Counted from the stretch's first letter, positions 18,280-31,550 are shown. The stretch is DNA of 64,000 nucleotides from Tetramitus jugosus (GCA_937625935.1 OW569385.1:248001-312000); one strand, 5' to 3'. Notes: generated by a model from the sequence alone, not told the origin. A program made the numbers and translations.

Positions 18280-20982
18280 TTAATTTATTCTGTTGAAGAT
18301 AATGTAATCAAAGGGAATGAGAGCAGAGGTTTGCTCAAGCTTCAAACTGGCCATCAAGGATTCACTGGAGCCCGACAAATCTCCCATCATCTTTTGAACC
18401 ATACCAAGATGGTACCATGCCTCATAGGATGATGGATCAACCTGGACTGCTGTTTGTAAGAAACTTCTCGCTAGCATACACTTGGTTTGATCTTGGGTGT
18501 GGAGAACAACACCTAATCGGACCAAGGCTTGTAGATGATTAGCATTACAAACAAGTGCACTTTCATATCTCTTGGTCGCACTCTCAATATCGCCCGTGTC
18601 TTCTCTGTACCTTCCCTCATGGAAGCAAATATCTGCACAAAGCAACTGAATTTGTTTCACATAGTTTGCATCCACATTCATCACAAAGTGATGTGCGTTG
18701 CTCACAAATGCCTCAAAGGCATCAGAATATGCATTGGCTTCACCTCCATTCTGCTGAGGGATTGGAACTGTGGTGAGCTCTGCGCTAGATTCGAGAATGA
18801 TATTGCCAATCAATTCTTTGGCTTCTAAGATTTTGTTGAGCGCGTCTGGCAAATTATTGCTGTCCAGCTCGAACCTTCTATAGGCATCTGATATGAATAA
18901 ATAGTACTTGGCAATCTTCAATGCTCTGCTCTTGAGCTTCAAGTAGAGGCCATCAGACACAGATGGATTCGATCGACCATCTCCACTCGCTTCCTGGCCA
19001 ATGTTCAATCGAATGTTTTCACATCTTCTATATGAATTCAAGAACTTGAGCAACTTTTCATAAACCTTCTTTGCCTTCTCCTCTCCACTGACAATCTCAT
19101 GAAGTCTAGCACTAATGAGAGTGAGCTTGATATTCTTTGGGTGTTCAAGCAGACCAATTTTTGCAGTTTTCAACGCTTGAACATAATCCTTCTCACATGT
19201 GAACAATAGTGCAAGCAATATCCATGATGATACAAATCGGCTGTGCAAAGAAAGTGACTTTCGCACAAAGGAATATGCCTTTTGTGTGTCTCTTGACTCT
19301 GCATAGTGAAGTGCGAGGTGATAGCACAACAAGTAGTCCTCTGAATCAAATTCATACGCACGCTTCAAGGACTCCACCGCCTTTTCTTCATAGTGACGTC
19401 TTTCAGTTCTAGAGTTTGATTCCTTGGCTAGCTTGTTATACACCAGACCCAACACATGGTAGCTCTTTCCAGAGAAGAATCCCTGAATATCGACAGCTTG
19501 CTTTGCGTGTTCCAGAGCCAGTTTGGTTTTTCCTGGAAGGTGTTGTACGCAAATCTTTGCAATCAACAAGTGACTGTTGGCATCAGAAGGATCAATAGAG
19601 ATAATCTCTTCTAGAACCTTAATGGCTCTATAGTACTTTTTTGCCTTGATCAACACAAGAGCAAACTGATTCCAAAAGTGAACATCTTCATTGTAGCGAG
19701 ACAATCCTCTCTCCAAAATGCTCATCAAACTATAATACTTTTTGTGCTCGCTCAACAGCATCGTAATGTTGTCATAGAGCTGAGACATGGTATTGTTGTT
19801 CATGTCATTGCCCTTGACACCGACACTTACACTTGTAATCTTGTAATTGAATCGAGAGGTAGGACTCGTGAGTCTCTCCAAACTGAGCAAGCTCAACAAG
19901 GCTTCCTCGACCCAATTTTGAGCCACAATATACACATCGTTCTCACTGGATGCAGCAGGTGCATTCTTTTGTGCCAGTCTTGTCGCTGTTCTCGATCGCA
20001 CCATTCTTGGTAGTGGTTGCTCCAATCGCTTCATATCATTCACTTGTTGTGATGCATTGAATTGTAGGCCCTCAGGCGCATCTACACTCTTGTTGTAATA
20101 CAAGTGATCAGTCATATACCTGGCAAGAATGTTTCCGAGCAACAATAGAGCTCTCTCCTTGGCTTGTCTCTGAACAGGGATCACCGGTCCAACATCACCA
20201 TCAGGCAAAAAAAACTTTCTCAAGAATTGAACAGCCTTCACAATCTCGCCACGCTTCACGTACGTGACAGGCAATTGGATCATGGCATGTTGAACACGAA
20301 ACAGTGCCAACGCATCAAACATTTCAAACAATCTTCTGTGCGTCCACAACAGGAAACACACTCTCTCCAGTTGAGCCACAGCCTGATCCACTCTCTCATT
20401 CGCTCTCTTGTAATTCTCCTGCTCCAACACAATGTTCGATCTCAACATTTGAGCCTGGAAATAAATGGAAGCATAAAGCGGAGAATAATGAATATTGGAA
20501 CCATCCTCTGCAATGTACCCAAGTTTCTCCGGTTCAAACGGCTCCATAATCTGAATAGATTGATCCAATTGATTGAGAGCCTCATTGAGTTCACCTCGTT
20601 CGACATGTGACTCTGCAATAAAAAACTGAATAATTGGATTGTTTTGATTGACCAGTGGATTGTTGTTCATGGCACTCTGAATCAACTGTTTCATCTCATC
20701 CATCTTACCTTCCTCTCTCTTTTGTTCAATGAGCAATAGTTCACTAATGTGTGAGAGACCGAGTTGTTGCTTGGATGAGTGAGCATGTTGGGAAAAGTTG
20801 GACCATTGTTCAGTGGTACGATCTCTCAAGACGTTACTATACAGTGCATCAATTTGTTTTTGTTTCTTGGTCAGTGGAGTGGCTGAGATGGTTCCTGATG
20901 ACGATGATTGCATGAAAGAGGTGGACAGTGTGGATGAAGAGGGTGAGGAGATGGGAGTGTGATGATGCAGTGGAGATGCCAT
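18280..20982 (-). CDS. TTC7: TPR protein, TTC7/Ypp1-like (PI4-kinase complex scaffold)
   Basis: EEALLSLL, LYDNITMLL, FWNQFALVL, YHLALHYAESR...A, SWILLALLF, C-terminal EAWYHLG...SLKLEQTSALIPF. Probable ATG at 20982. Confidence 0.7.
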   Translation of the reverse strand: MASPLHHHTPISSPSSSTLSTSFMQSSSSGTISATPLTKKQKQIDALYSNVLRDRTTEQWSNFSQHAHSSKQQLGLSHISELLLIEQKREEGKMDEMKQLIQSAMNNNPLVNQNNPIIQFFIAESHVERGELNEALNQLDQSIQIMEPFEPEKLGYIAEDGSNIHYSPLYASIYFQAQMLRSNIVLEQENYKRANERVDQAVAQLERVCFLLWTHRRLFEMFDALALFRVQHAMIQLPVTYVKRGEIVKAVQFLRKFFLPDGDVGPVIPVQRQAKERALLLLGNILARYMTDHLYYNKSVDAPEGLQFNASQQVNDMKRLEQPLPRMVRSRTATRLAQKNAPAASSENDVYIVAQNWVEEALLSLLSLERLTSPTSRFNYKITSVSVGVKGNDMNNNTMSQLYDNITMLLSEHKKYYSLMSILERGLSRYNEDVHFWNQFALVLIKAKKYYRAIKVLEEIISIDPSDANSHLLIAKICVQHLPGKTKLALEHAKQAVDIQGFFSGKSYHVLGLVYNKLAKESNSRTERRHYEEKAVESLKRAYEFDSEDYLLCYHLALHYAESRDTQKAYSFVRKSLSLHSRFVSSWILLALLFTCEKDYVQALKTAKIGLLEHPKNIKLTLISARLHEIVSGEEKAKKVYEKLLKFLNSYRRCENIRLNIGQEASGDGRSNPSVSDGLYLKLKSRALKIAKYYLFISDAYRRFELDSNNLPDALNKILEAKELIGNIILESSAELTTVPIPQQNGGEANAYSDAFEAFVSNAHHFVMNVDANYVKQIQLLCADICFHEGRYREDTGDIESATKRYESALVCNANHLQALVRLGVVLHTQDQTKCMLARSFLQTAVQVDPSSYEAWYHLGMVQKMMGDLSGSSESLMASLKLEQTSALIPFDYIIFNRIN

Positions 20983-21143
20983 TGTTGTTGTTGTTGTTGA
21001 GCTGAGTGCTAATGAACGATGATGACTATCACGAACTCCACAAGATTGTCTTTTTTGCTTTTTTTCCTTTGCTTTATTTCTCCGATATCGGTGTTTTTTG
21101 CTCTTCCCGCCATTTTGATCAACAAAAGAAGAACAAACAAAAC

Positions 21144-21713
21144 ATGTCATGCACCAGACGCTTCGTCGCAGAAGATCTCTTCAAGTTCAACAATGTCAAT
21201 CTAGATTATTACACTGAGACATACAACCTTCCATTCTACTTTCAATACTTGGCATACTGGCCAGAATACTTTCTCTGTATGACTCATTCAATCGATGCAA
21301 GCAGACCAGGCACAATGATGGGTTATGTGATGGGTAAGGCCGAGGGCGATCTATGGAACAAGGACAAGCCAAATCCAAAGAAATGGCACGGTCATGTCAC
21401 TGCATTGACCGTTGCACCAGAGTATAGAAGATTGGGTGTTGCTAAAAAGCTAATGGACTATCTGGAGGAGGTGAGTGACTTTATACATAAGGGATATTTT
21501 GTAGATTTGTTTGTGAGGTGCAGCAATAGTGTTGCGATTGGCATGTATGAAAAGTTTGGATACAAGGTGTACCGAACAGTATTGGGGTACTATTCGGGTG
21601 AAGAGAATGGATATGATATGAGAAAGGCGATATTGTCTCGAGATCCAAAGAAGGAATCAGAGAAACCATTGCCAAAACCGATCCAACCATATCAATTGGA
21701 TGAGACGCTATGA
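21144..21713 (+). CDS. NAA20: NatB N-terminal acetyltransferase catalytic subunit
   Basis: DLFKFNNVNLD..TETY...FY.QYL..WPE, GYVMGKAEG, WHGHVTALTVAPEYRRLG, FVDLFVR.SN..AI.MY, YDMRKA. Confidence 0.95.
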   Translation: MSCTRRFVAEDLFKFNNVNLDYYTETYNLPFYFQYLAYWPEYFLCMTHSIDASRPGTMMGYVMGKAEGDLWNKDKPNPKKWHGHVTALTVAPEYRRLGVAKKLMDYLEEVSDFIHKGYFVDLFVRCSNSVAIGMYEKFGYKVYRTVLGYYSGEENGYDMRKAILSRDPKKESEKPLPKPIQPYQLDETL

Positions 21714-22174
21714 ATTTTTGTGATCACTGTGTGGTTAGTTGTTCTCTCGTTTGGTTTATATAAATATTTGAATGGCGGTTAACAAGAGATGTTCATGTTG
21801 TTCTTCACCTCAAATCTTCTTTATTACGCAGCGGTTTTCCAATACACATCCATGCTATGATCACCCCATACGGTTATGCGGTAAAAACAAGCAAGAAAGG
21901 CCTTCAAATCATGGGTGATCATACCTCGATTGTTGTGTTGGTTGTCGATATTCATTAATGAAGGTCCACTGAATTTTGTATCGGTTTTTGCGATGGGGTC
22001 TCCATGAAAGGGTCAGGTTATTAGTATTTGAATACAACGGTCCTGCATTTCTTAACCAGAAAAAATTGCCACAAACTTTCCGATTGTGACGAGGATTTGC
22101 TTTGGAACACCAATGACATGAATAATACACTGAATTTACTGCTTAATACCACACCGACTTGCACTGCTTGTTTA

Positions 22175-23806
22175 TCATTTGTACATCATTGAATCCTCCA
22201 AGTATCGTTCGTTAATAAACTCGGATAACAAGCCTGTTGCTTGAATACTGGGACTCGTGATGGCTGGTTTTGGTTTTGGTTTCGGTTTTCGCGGCGTAAC
22301 TAGCAACCTCTCAATGATTGGATCAAAGAAACACATGTGATTTCCCTTGTCTAGATAATAGTTTGAACTCACTTCGTTTCTCGCACCAATCTCCGACTCC
22401 TGGTCATAGTACGATAGAGGACCAATGTGTCCAATGATTGGTAAATGGTACAAGCATAGCAAATTGTATGCGAAATTATGAGTATGATAGGGAGAAACTA
22501 AGATGCCTTGTGCTGCGCATAGAGCGACAACGTTCTCACTTAGTAGGCCAAGGCCATAGGTGAACAGTTCCATCGAATTCGTCAGAGAATAAGCCTTCAT
22601 TGCCTTTTCGAGCACTTGATTGATACTTTGATTGGAAGAGCTTTGGTTATAGTACAATGGAAGAGCAGCATCCTCTGCGCCCTTGTAAACCGTTGAATAA
22701 GATCCCATGAATTTCATTCGATTAGGCAATGGAACATCCAAACAACTAGACATTTGATCCAACACCAAGACAATGTGACCCAGTGCTGTTCCGATCGTAT
22801 CCTTATCATTCTTGCTCATCTTGATAATCGTCTGTGCAACATCTTTGTTCGACACAGCATTGACTAATTCACTCATCGACTTTGCCATCATCGACTGCGA
22901 TAAATCTCTCGCTCCATCTCTTCTTTGTAGTTTTCCTGACGCCGATGTGACACTACTGTCCTTCTTTGGTGGACTCTTTGAGTGTCGTGACTGACTACTC
23001 TGCCTCACTAGATTAGACTTTGGAATGACAACAGCGATCCAAGTATCGCTATTGAGAATATACATTCGATAGACGCCATGATTCAGATCCGTTAGTGTAC
23101 CAATAGGTGAAACATCACCATTGTCCTCACCATTACCAATGGGACGCAACATGACAGGTATCGCTCCCAAGATATGCAAACAAACATCTCTTCGAATATT
23201 ATACAAATCGTCAAACTTCACCGACTGTATGTCATGAACAATGGATGATTTTCTCCTCTTTTCATTGATTGATTTCAAGACTCGGATCGCTTCTTTCAAC
23301 TGTTGATCCGTCTGTACATTTTCTTGACCAATCTCAGCATTCATATCCCTCTGTTTCCTATTCTCTTCTTGTACGCGCGCAATTTGATACTTCAAATCTT
23401 GAATGGCCTCTCTTTGCTTCTTTAATCGAATGGCTCTCTGAGTCGGATGAGTCAAACTCTGAATCTTCTTTTGTTCAACAACTGATGACTCTTCTCCTTT
23501 ATCTTTCGACAATAACGCATCATTCACTTCATTTTTATTCTCAGTTCTGTTGCTATAGTACATGGTTTGATATTCGTGACACAATGTTTCCTTCTTTACA
23601 GCCAAATCTCGCTTCAATTTTCGAATGAGTTCCAATTTTCGAGATACGGCATCATTGACACAACTCTCACAAACATATGTCTGATTATTACTGTTGTTGG
23701 TTGATTTGACAATTTGAGAGGAACAAGATTTGCACTCACTGGAAGCAAGTGGTGATATGTAGTGATTGGGTAAGGGATGATATTGAATCACACCACTTTG
23801 TTGCAT
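22175..23806 (-). CDS. Atg14/UVRAG (Vps38)-like subunit of the class III PI3K complex
   Basis: N-terminal CxxC...CxxC, long coiled coil, [32 protein letters not shown]. Confidence 0.7.
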   Translation of the reverse strand: MQQSGVIQYHPLPNHYISPLASSECKSCSSQIVKSTNNSNNQTYVCESCVNDAVSRKLELIRKLKRDLAVKKETLCHEYQTMYYSNRTENKNEVNDALLSKDKGEESSVVEQKKIQSLTHPTQRAIRLKKQREAIQDLKYQIARVQEENRKQRDMNAEIGQENVQTDQQLKEAIRVLKSINEKRRKSSIVHDIQSVKFDDLYNIRRDVCLHILGAIPVMLRPIGNGEDNGDVSPIGTLTDLNHGVYRMYILNSDTWIAVVIPKSNLVRQSSQSRHSKSPPKKDSSVTSASGKLQRRDGARDLSQSMMAKSMSELVNAVSNKDVAQTIIKMSKNDKDTIGTALGHIVLVLDQMSSCLDVPLPNRMKFMGSYSTVYKGAEDAALPLYYNQSSSNQSINQVLEKAMKAYSLTNSMELFTYGLGLLSENVVALCAAQGILVSPYHTHNFAYNLLCLYHLPIIGHIGPLSYYDQESEIGARNEVSSNYYLDKGNHMCFFDPIIERLLVTPRKPKPKPKPAITSPSIQATGLLSEFINERYLEDSMMYK

Positions 23807-24014
23807 CGTCGTTGTTGTTGTTGTTGTTTACTATGGATCAATGTCAATTCTGATTCAGTTCTCTCTTGTGTGTTTGATGTGTTTTTTTGCGAGCCGAAAA
23901 TTTTTCTGCTGCAGAAAAGAACAAAGCCCAGAAATTGAACTTGGGTTCGCCTCAAAAAAGAATTTTTTTTGCTTGTTTGCTTTGTTGACTCGAGTGTGCT
24001 TTCTGAGTGTGATC

Positions 24015-26861
24015 ATGCATCGAATTACCATTGTTGAAAGATCAAGGAGTAGTGCACTACAGTTTTCCATACAGTCACTTCATTCCGTGCAGAATCAGTC
24101 ATTCTTCTGCACCAAGAATAGCAACTCGGGTGCCATGTCAAGAATCCACACTTGCATACCACGAAACCATCACGTGCATCATGTGGTTAAAAGTGCCCAC
24201 GAGATCACGCACCACAACAGCATTGCTCAAGCAGGAAAAATACCTTGTTCAATCACAAAGCGGCACCCAAAATTTCCACTCCGCTTTTCCAGTCGGCAAT
24301 ACCATCAAAATTGCGACCACCACACCAACAAAATCAACACAACAGAAACAACCATCAACAACAACAACAAAATGTCGTCATCATCAAGCAGTAAAATGCC
24401 AACATGGTACAAGCCAAATGGCACACCAACAGGCATCAAAATTTTCAATAGCTTAACACATGAAAAGGATGAATTTATTCCTATTGATCCACAGGGAAGA
24501 CACATTACATGGTATACTTGTGGACCTACTGTTTATGACTATTCTCACATGGGTCACGCCAGGTATGTTTTTTTGTTGAAATTCACGTTGTTTTTTTTTG
24601 GATGTGAAAGCTTTTTCACCATGATTGTATGCATGCATATTCACCACTTCTGTTTTGCTCTACAGATCATATGTTGGATTTGATATTTTGAGACGTATCA
24701 TGGAAGATTACTTTAGATATGATGTGAGCTATGTTGTGAACGTGACTGATATTGATGACAAGATTATCAAGAAGGCAAATCGTATTGCCTTGGTCAACAC
24801 TGTTGAAAATACGCGCAAAGCTCTTGCCAAGAATGCTAATGAGACATTGAACTCTATTGTTCAACAATATGATCAAATCTTGATTGCAGATCTCGAAGCA
24901 AGAGACAAGAAGCTTCAATTGACAATGAGACAAATTTATGAAATGAGAGTCAATTTGGTTCAACAAGGTAAGGAGAAGAAATTACTAAGTCCATTTTTTG
25001 TTGTTGATGTTGTTTGTCAGTTGTAAGCTAAACAAACCATTTTTTTTGTGTGGAAACAAAATCCAATATAGCAAAGGAAGCTGGAGTGGACAATGTGGAA
25101 GATCAACCTGATTTTGTCGGAGTGGCTAGACACTATGAGAGATTGTTCTGGAAGGATTTGAAAGATCTGCAATGTAAGGCACCAAGCATCATTGTTCGTG
25201 TCACTGAATTCGTCCCAGAAATTGTTCAATTCATTCAACAAATTATCGACAATGGATTTGCTTATGAGTCCGAAGGATCAGTCTATTTTGATGTGGAGGC
25301 ATTCAAGAGATCAAAGGGTGAGGATGGAAAGGTGGCAGCCAAAAACGCAAATGAAGAACATTTGTATAACTTTGTCTACGGTAAGTTGGAACCATGGTCA
25401 GTTGAAGACTCTGAAAAGTTGAGAGAGGGAGAAGGAGAGTCACAAACCGACACTGAAAAGAAGATTACAAAGAAGTCTGCAAGAGATTTTGCCTTGTGGA
25501 AGAAATCTGTGTCTGGTGAACCAAGCTGGCACAGTCAATGGAGTGAGGGAAGACCTGGATGGCACATTGAGTGCAGTGCTATGGCTTCTTATGCCTTCCA
25601 AAACGCTTCAAACATTGATATTCACTGTGGTGGTGTCGATTTGAGATTCCCTCATCACGATAATGAATTGGCCCAATCTGAGGCTCACTTCTGCTGCAAG
25701 CAATGGGTCAACTATTTCATGCACACTGGTCACTTGTCTATCGAAGGATTGACCATGTCTAAATCAAAGAAGAACTTTTTGACAATTGCTGATGAATTGC
25801 AACACAGATACAATGCCCGTCAAATTAGAATGCTCTTCTTGTTGCACAAGTATAACGACCCTATGGACTACTCTGTAGAAACCATGAGAACTGCAATTAG
25901 CACTGAACGTGTGTTTGTAGATTTCTTTGCCAATGTCAAGTACGCACTCAGACAGGAATCAAACACAGATATTGAACGTTGGACAAAGGACGAATTTGAC
26001 TTGAATACTCTTTTGCATGAAAAAAAGAGAGAAGTCCACGCCGCTTTGTGTGACTCATTCAACACTCCAGCAGTCATGAAGAGCTTGATTAAATTGAAGG
26101 ATGCAACAAATGTTTACCTCCAATCATTCAATGTCGCAGATAAGACCAGAACTCCAAATGTTCCATTGTTGGGCCAAATTGTCTCATATGTGACTGATAT
26201 TTTCAGAGTGTTTGGTTTGATTGATGCTGACTCTATTGGATTCTCTGTCGGTTCCGAATCTGGATCGAACTTTGAGGAACAAGTGACTCCATTGTTGAAT
26301 GCGTTTGCTGAATTCAGAGATGATGTGAGATCCATAACTCGTGAAGCATCCTCCAACAAGGAAATGGAAAAGGCTGAAGTCACAAAGAAGATTTTGAAGA
26401 AGTGTGATCAAGTTCGTGATGACGTGCTGCCTCAATTGGGTGTTCGTTTGGAAGACAGAGCCGACATTGGTAAGGCTGTGTGGAAGTTGGAAGATGCCAA
26501 GACCCTCATGCTCGAGAGACAAAGAAAGATTGAAGAAGAGCAAGAGAAGATTCAAACCAAGCTCAGTCAATTGATGGAACACGCACAGAAAGCACGTGCA
26601 GCCTACGAAAAGGCTCTCAAGGAACCATCCACCATCTTCAAGACTCCTGAAAACTTGGAACTATACAGTGCATGGGACGAGAAGGGAATACCAACTGCTC
26701 TCAAGGATGGCACTCCTCTACTCAAGAGTAAGGCAAAGAGTTTGTCAAAGGAATACTCTGCCCAAGAAAAGATTTACAACAACAGAGTCAAATTGGAAGA
26801 GGACATGAAAGCCAGGGAAGGTGCTGTCCAAAAATTCAAGAACCAAAACAACATGCAATAA
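24015..26861 (+). CDS. CARS1: Cysteinyl-tRNA synthetase (cytosolic type, possible N-terminal targeting extension); 3 exons
   Basis: [17 protein letters not shown]|SY with introns 24563-24665 and 24968-25071 (both frame-consistent), [39 protein letters not shown]. Start uncertain (24015, 24135 or 24372). Confidence 0.95.
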
Positions 26862-26935
26862 TAGCTGACAATAGTGCGCATTCATTTCTCTTGTCGGCCA
26901 AATTTTGTCCATGCAAAAAGCAACCAACAAACAAA

Positions 26936-27463
26936 ATGCTCTCACTTGCAAAGAGAAGATATCCATTGTTTCGTTCTCAACATGGATTGTTGTCTGCTGT
27001 ATCACCACAATCTAGTTTTCTAGGATCCGCACATCATAACCGATCCTTTTCATCCATTGTGCACACTTGCCAACAACAAGCAACGACGCTCTCTCATTCG
27101 CAATATGTGTCTGCTGTTGAATCAACGATCGAAAACATATCCCAACGATTGGAAGATATGGCTGATGATGGTGAATTGAGTGGTTTTGAGGAATTGAGTG
27201 GCGAGGTTGATATCTCAGTGAGTGAAGGTGTTTTGAGCGTTGTTTGCGGCGATGAAGGAACATTTATCATTAGCAGACAGACACCAACGCAGCAATTATG
27301 GCTGAGCTCACCCATCAGTGGACCATGGCACTACACATTCGATCAAGACAAGGGAGATTGGAGGTGCACAAAGGGAGATATGCCATTCTTTGATCGAATG
27401 GACAAAGAACTGACAGACATGCTTAATATTGAGGTAAAATTTGACAGAAATCTGAAAAAATAA
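26936..27463 (+). CDS. FXN: Frataxin, mitochondrial
   Basis: Arg/Ser-rich presequence, EGVLSV, GTFIISRQTPTQQLWLSSPISGP.HY. Confidence 0.92.
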   Translation: MLSLAKRRYPLFRSQHGLLSAVSPQSSFLGSAHHNRSFSSIVHTCQQQATTLSHSQYVSAVESTIENISQRLEDMADDGELSGFEELSGEVDISVSEGVLSVVCGDEGTFIISRQTPTQQLWLSSPISGPWHYTFDQDKGDWRCTKGDMPFFDRMDKELTDMLNIEVKFDRNLKK

Positions 27464-27485
27464 ATTGGACTCTGGTAGTCTATGA

Positions 27486-28079
<594 letters not shown>

Positions 28080-28284
28080 AATGTTTCAAATCTTCTCGCT
28101 TGTAATATCAATCAAGAATTGCTGTAAAACTAAAACATCTTTGCTCACTTCCTACTCCCACAAGTTTGAATGTGCTTGATCTTGTCTGAGAAGAAAAGAT
28201 TGAAAAAAATGAGAGTGAAGCATGAAAACATAGACGTTTATTCCTATATGTATCACAGCGACTTTTAAAAGAGTAACAACGAAT

Positions 28285-28614
28285 TTAGAACAATCCACCG
28301 AATGCATCATCATCTTCTTCTTCGGATTCAGACTCAGGTTCGACCTTCTTTTCTTCAGCCTTAGCAGCTGGAGCACCGCTGGAAGCAACAGCTGGAGCAC
28401 CACCAACCTTGGACAACTTTTGAACCAAAGCGTTCAAGCTGTCTTGGGTTAGGACTCTAGCGAAAACCTTAGCGAATGAAGCATCGACCTTAACGCCAGC
28501 GGCGGTAGCCAAAGCATTGATGTTTTCAGCGGTCAAATCCTTTTGGGAGTCCTTCAAGAGGAGAGCGGCATAAGCGCAAGCTTGGGTAGACTTTTGTGAT
28601 TCAGTGAGAGCCAT
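28285..28614 (-). CDS. RPLP1: 60S acidic ribosomal protein P1
   Basis: ACAYAALLL.D, AAGVKV...FAKVF, Ala-rich hinge, ESEEEDDDAFGGLF tail. ATG at 28614. Confidence 0.92.
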   Translation of the reverse strand: MALTESQKSTQACAYAALLLKDSQKDLTAENINALATAAGVKVDASFAKVFARVLTQDSLNALVQKLSKVGGAPAVASSGAPAAKAEEKKVEPESESEEEDDDAFGGLF

Positions 28615-29058
28615 TGTGGATATAGTTGATGTTATGACTTGTGATTGTGTTTTTAATTTTTTTGAATTTTTCGGTTTTTTCGCATAGTCAACCTTGAGAT
28701 TCAACGAGATTACAAACCAGAATGCACCTTTGATCAAAAATTGGCACTCACGAGCAAGAGTGTTTTTACGTGAACGCAAATGTGATGGGTCTTTGGGCTA
28801 GATTCTTTATCTTATTTGAGTGAGTGGAATAACACTTTTTCTTCTTCCGTCCACTGTCTGATCAATTTTTTGAAATGCACAAAAGCTGATTTCCAATCGT
28901 CATGCATGGAATTGACAATGTGACATAAGCGATCCGTATGGTTCAAGTTGTTTGGTTCAGTGCACATCAATCGCAATTGGCAAGGATGTTCAGTTCGATC
29001 GGAGAAATTCGGGCAATCTACGGTAATGTGCATGTTTTCATGGCAAGAACACAATAAA

Positions 29059-31512
29059 ATGAGCGATTTCGAGGTAAGATCCAATCTGTGATGTTGTATA
29101 GTTTAATAATGTTATTTGAGATCTAACGTATCTCTTCCAAACAGGATGATTTTGAGGATGACTTTGAAGAGTACATTTCGGATAGCGAACAAGAGACAAA
29201 GGCTCCCTCATCTTCTGTTGAGACTAAGTCTGATAGTTCTTCCATTCAACGTTTTCAACAAGCTCAATTTTTGAGCAATAAAGGTCAAACGGCCAATGAA
29301 TCAAGTGTAGTCAAGGAGATGATGAGGGCAATGAGCGAAGAGAATAACTCGTTAAAGAGTGCATCACATAGGGAGGATGAAGCTGCCATTAATTCGACAA
29401 ATATATCTGATAACAATTTTATTCAATCCAAGGCAATTAAGGTTGAGAAACCGTTGACCAAGGAAGAATTGAAGAGAATTGAGTTGGCAAGAAAAAGGGC
29501 TGAAAGGTCAAGAGTAAGTAGTTGAGTGATACACAGTACATTTATGTAAGAACAAGATTATTGATGTTTATTTGATAGGAGTTGCTACGGATTGTGGATT
29601 TAGATTTAACTAGGTATATCGAGTATGTTGATATGCCTCCAAAGTCTGACGCACAGCTGTACCAATTATCATTTGGTGTCAATAGCACGCACTCTCACAC
29701 TTCTGTACAATGCCCTCCTTTGAATGATTTCCAAGAGGGCTCAACAATGACTGAACGGCCCATTAGAGCTCACAAGAATACTCAAGCACCGGACGATCTT
29801 GGCTTTTCTGTTTCAAGAAAGACTGGAAGTGATAGGTTTCGGGTAAATCCCGTGACATTATCCAAGTTCTTAAAGAAATCATCAAATGTAATTGGTCGAT
29901 TACTTGCTGAGGAGAGAATAACTGTTCAATCATCAGCAGAGAAGAAATCTGTTTGGAAGTTTAGTGATACTTTTTCATCTTTTTTCCATCCTGGCCTGTG
30001 CATGGGCAGATCCACAAAAGGTTTGAAACATTCCTACTTCATTTTCATCTATATTTATGTCACTCACACAGCACAGATATTGTCTTTTTGTCTTTCAATG
30101 AGATTGGAGTGGCTTACACTCCTACTCAAAAGAGTGATGCTTTGGTAAAGGATAAGGGACTTATTTGTGTGTGGAGTGTCGTATCACTGACTTACCCATC
30201 AAAGATATTAATCTGTGAGTCAGAGATATCATGCTTATCTTTTGTGCCTCATTGTCCATATTTGATTCTAGCAGGGACAATTGATGGCACTGTTCAACTG
30301 TGGGATTTAAGAGAAGGCGAGAGCAAGCACAAAGAAGTAACAAGGTCGGTAGAAGGAAAACCTCCTGTCAAGATAATATTACGGAATCCAACGTATTCGA
30401 GCGATTGGATGCTAAATCAGAATCACTACTCGGCTGTTCAGCAGATTATACCCTTGGGATATAACAAGTCTGCAAATCGAAATTCAGACGCAGATCAATA
30501 TCAGATTACGAGTATAGACAGGGAGGGTACACTTATTTATTGGTCGATTGTGAGCATGACCCAAGAGGTGACCTCGGAAACTGATTTTGGATTATCCATT
30601 GGAGGAGGTAGAGTGAAGTTAGTCAGTGGAGGTCAGTCCAATATTTTTAATCGGGAACTGAATCGAGTCAAAGTTGCTAGTGCTGAGGAGTATCATTTTG
30701 GGATTAATAATACATTCTTTGAAAATGAGATAGAGGAGAAAGAGACAGCTACACAATACAAGCCTTCTCCTTTATGCTTGGCTATCGAGTCAGAGCCGAG
30801 GAATTCATCTAATTTTATTGTTGGACTTGAGAATGGATCGATCAGACGAGAGAGTCGTTTTCCTCGTAATATGATTCCAAAGACGTATTATCTACGAAAG
30901 AAACACGTGACTGATATTCGAGTTGAAGATTACGGATACATATCAAATAATTCAATCAGTTGTACATGTATTAACTACTCGATTTATCTGCCACAATATT
31001 TTATCGCATCATTTAGTGATGGTTCGTTGTCTGTGTACCAAGAGGGTTATCCAGATCCAATATATCGTCTGCACTACTTTACATTTAAGAGAATTCAAAC
31101 GGTACGATGGAGTCCATATGTTCCATCTCAATTCTATGTTCTAGTAGAGAGTGGAGAGTTATTTTTGTTTGATTTGATGAAGTCTGGAGATGATAAAATA
31201 GTATTATCACATAATATTTCAATAGTACTTCGCAGTGCTCAAACAAATTCTGAAATTACCTTAAAACCATCTTCCCACCTTGTATTCCCACAGTTTGAAG
31301 TACAAAATCGGTTAGTGAGTATTTTATCAGGACGAGATAATGATCAAAAAAGGACAACTTTTCCATGTGTAGTGGCGGTGGGGTATAGTAATGGTCGTGT
31401 TGATCTTCATAAATTGAGTACGATGAATCGGACAGACGTAACAGACATTAACCAACAGGCCTTAGATTTAAAGAGGACATTGGAGTCCTTGATTGCATGG
31501 AATGTTGAATAA
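29059..31512 (+). CDS. DYNC2I1: Dynein-2 intermediate chain WDR60/FAP163-like; 4 exons
   Basis: Frame-consistent introns 29074-29144, 29514-29578 and 30021-30076 give MSDFEDDFEDDFEEY, RSRELLRIVDLD, LICVWS...P.KIL.CES, AGTIDGTVQLWDLRE, PTYSSD. Confidence 0.8.
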
Positions 31513-31550
31513 ACTTATCTATATCTTCTAATTTAACCTCGTTGATGATT

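Noticed and set aside
22040-22100. Minus-strand GGAAAGTTTGTG, resembling RNase P/MRP CR-I
   Set aside because: No matching CR-V/P4 partner could be found.
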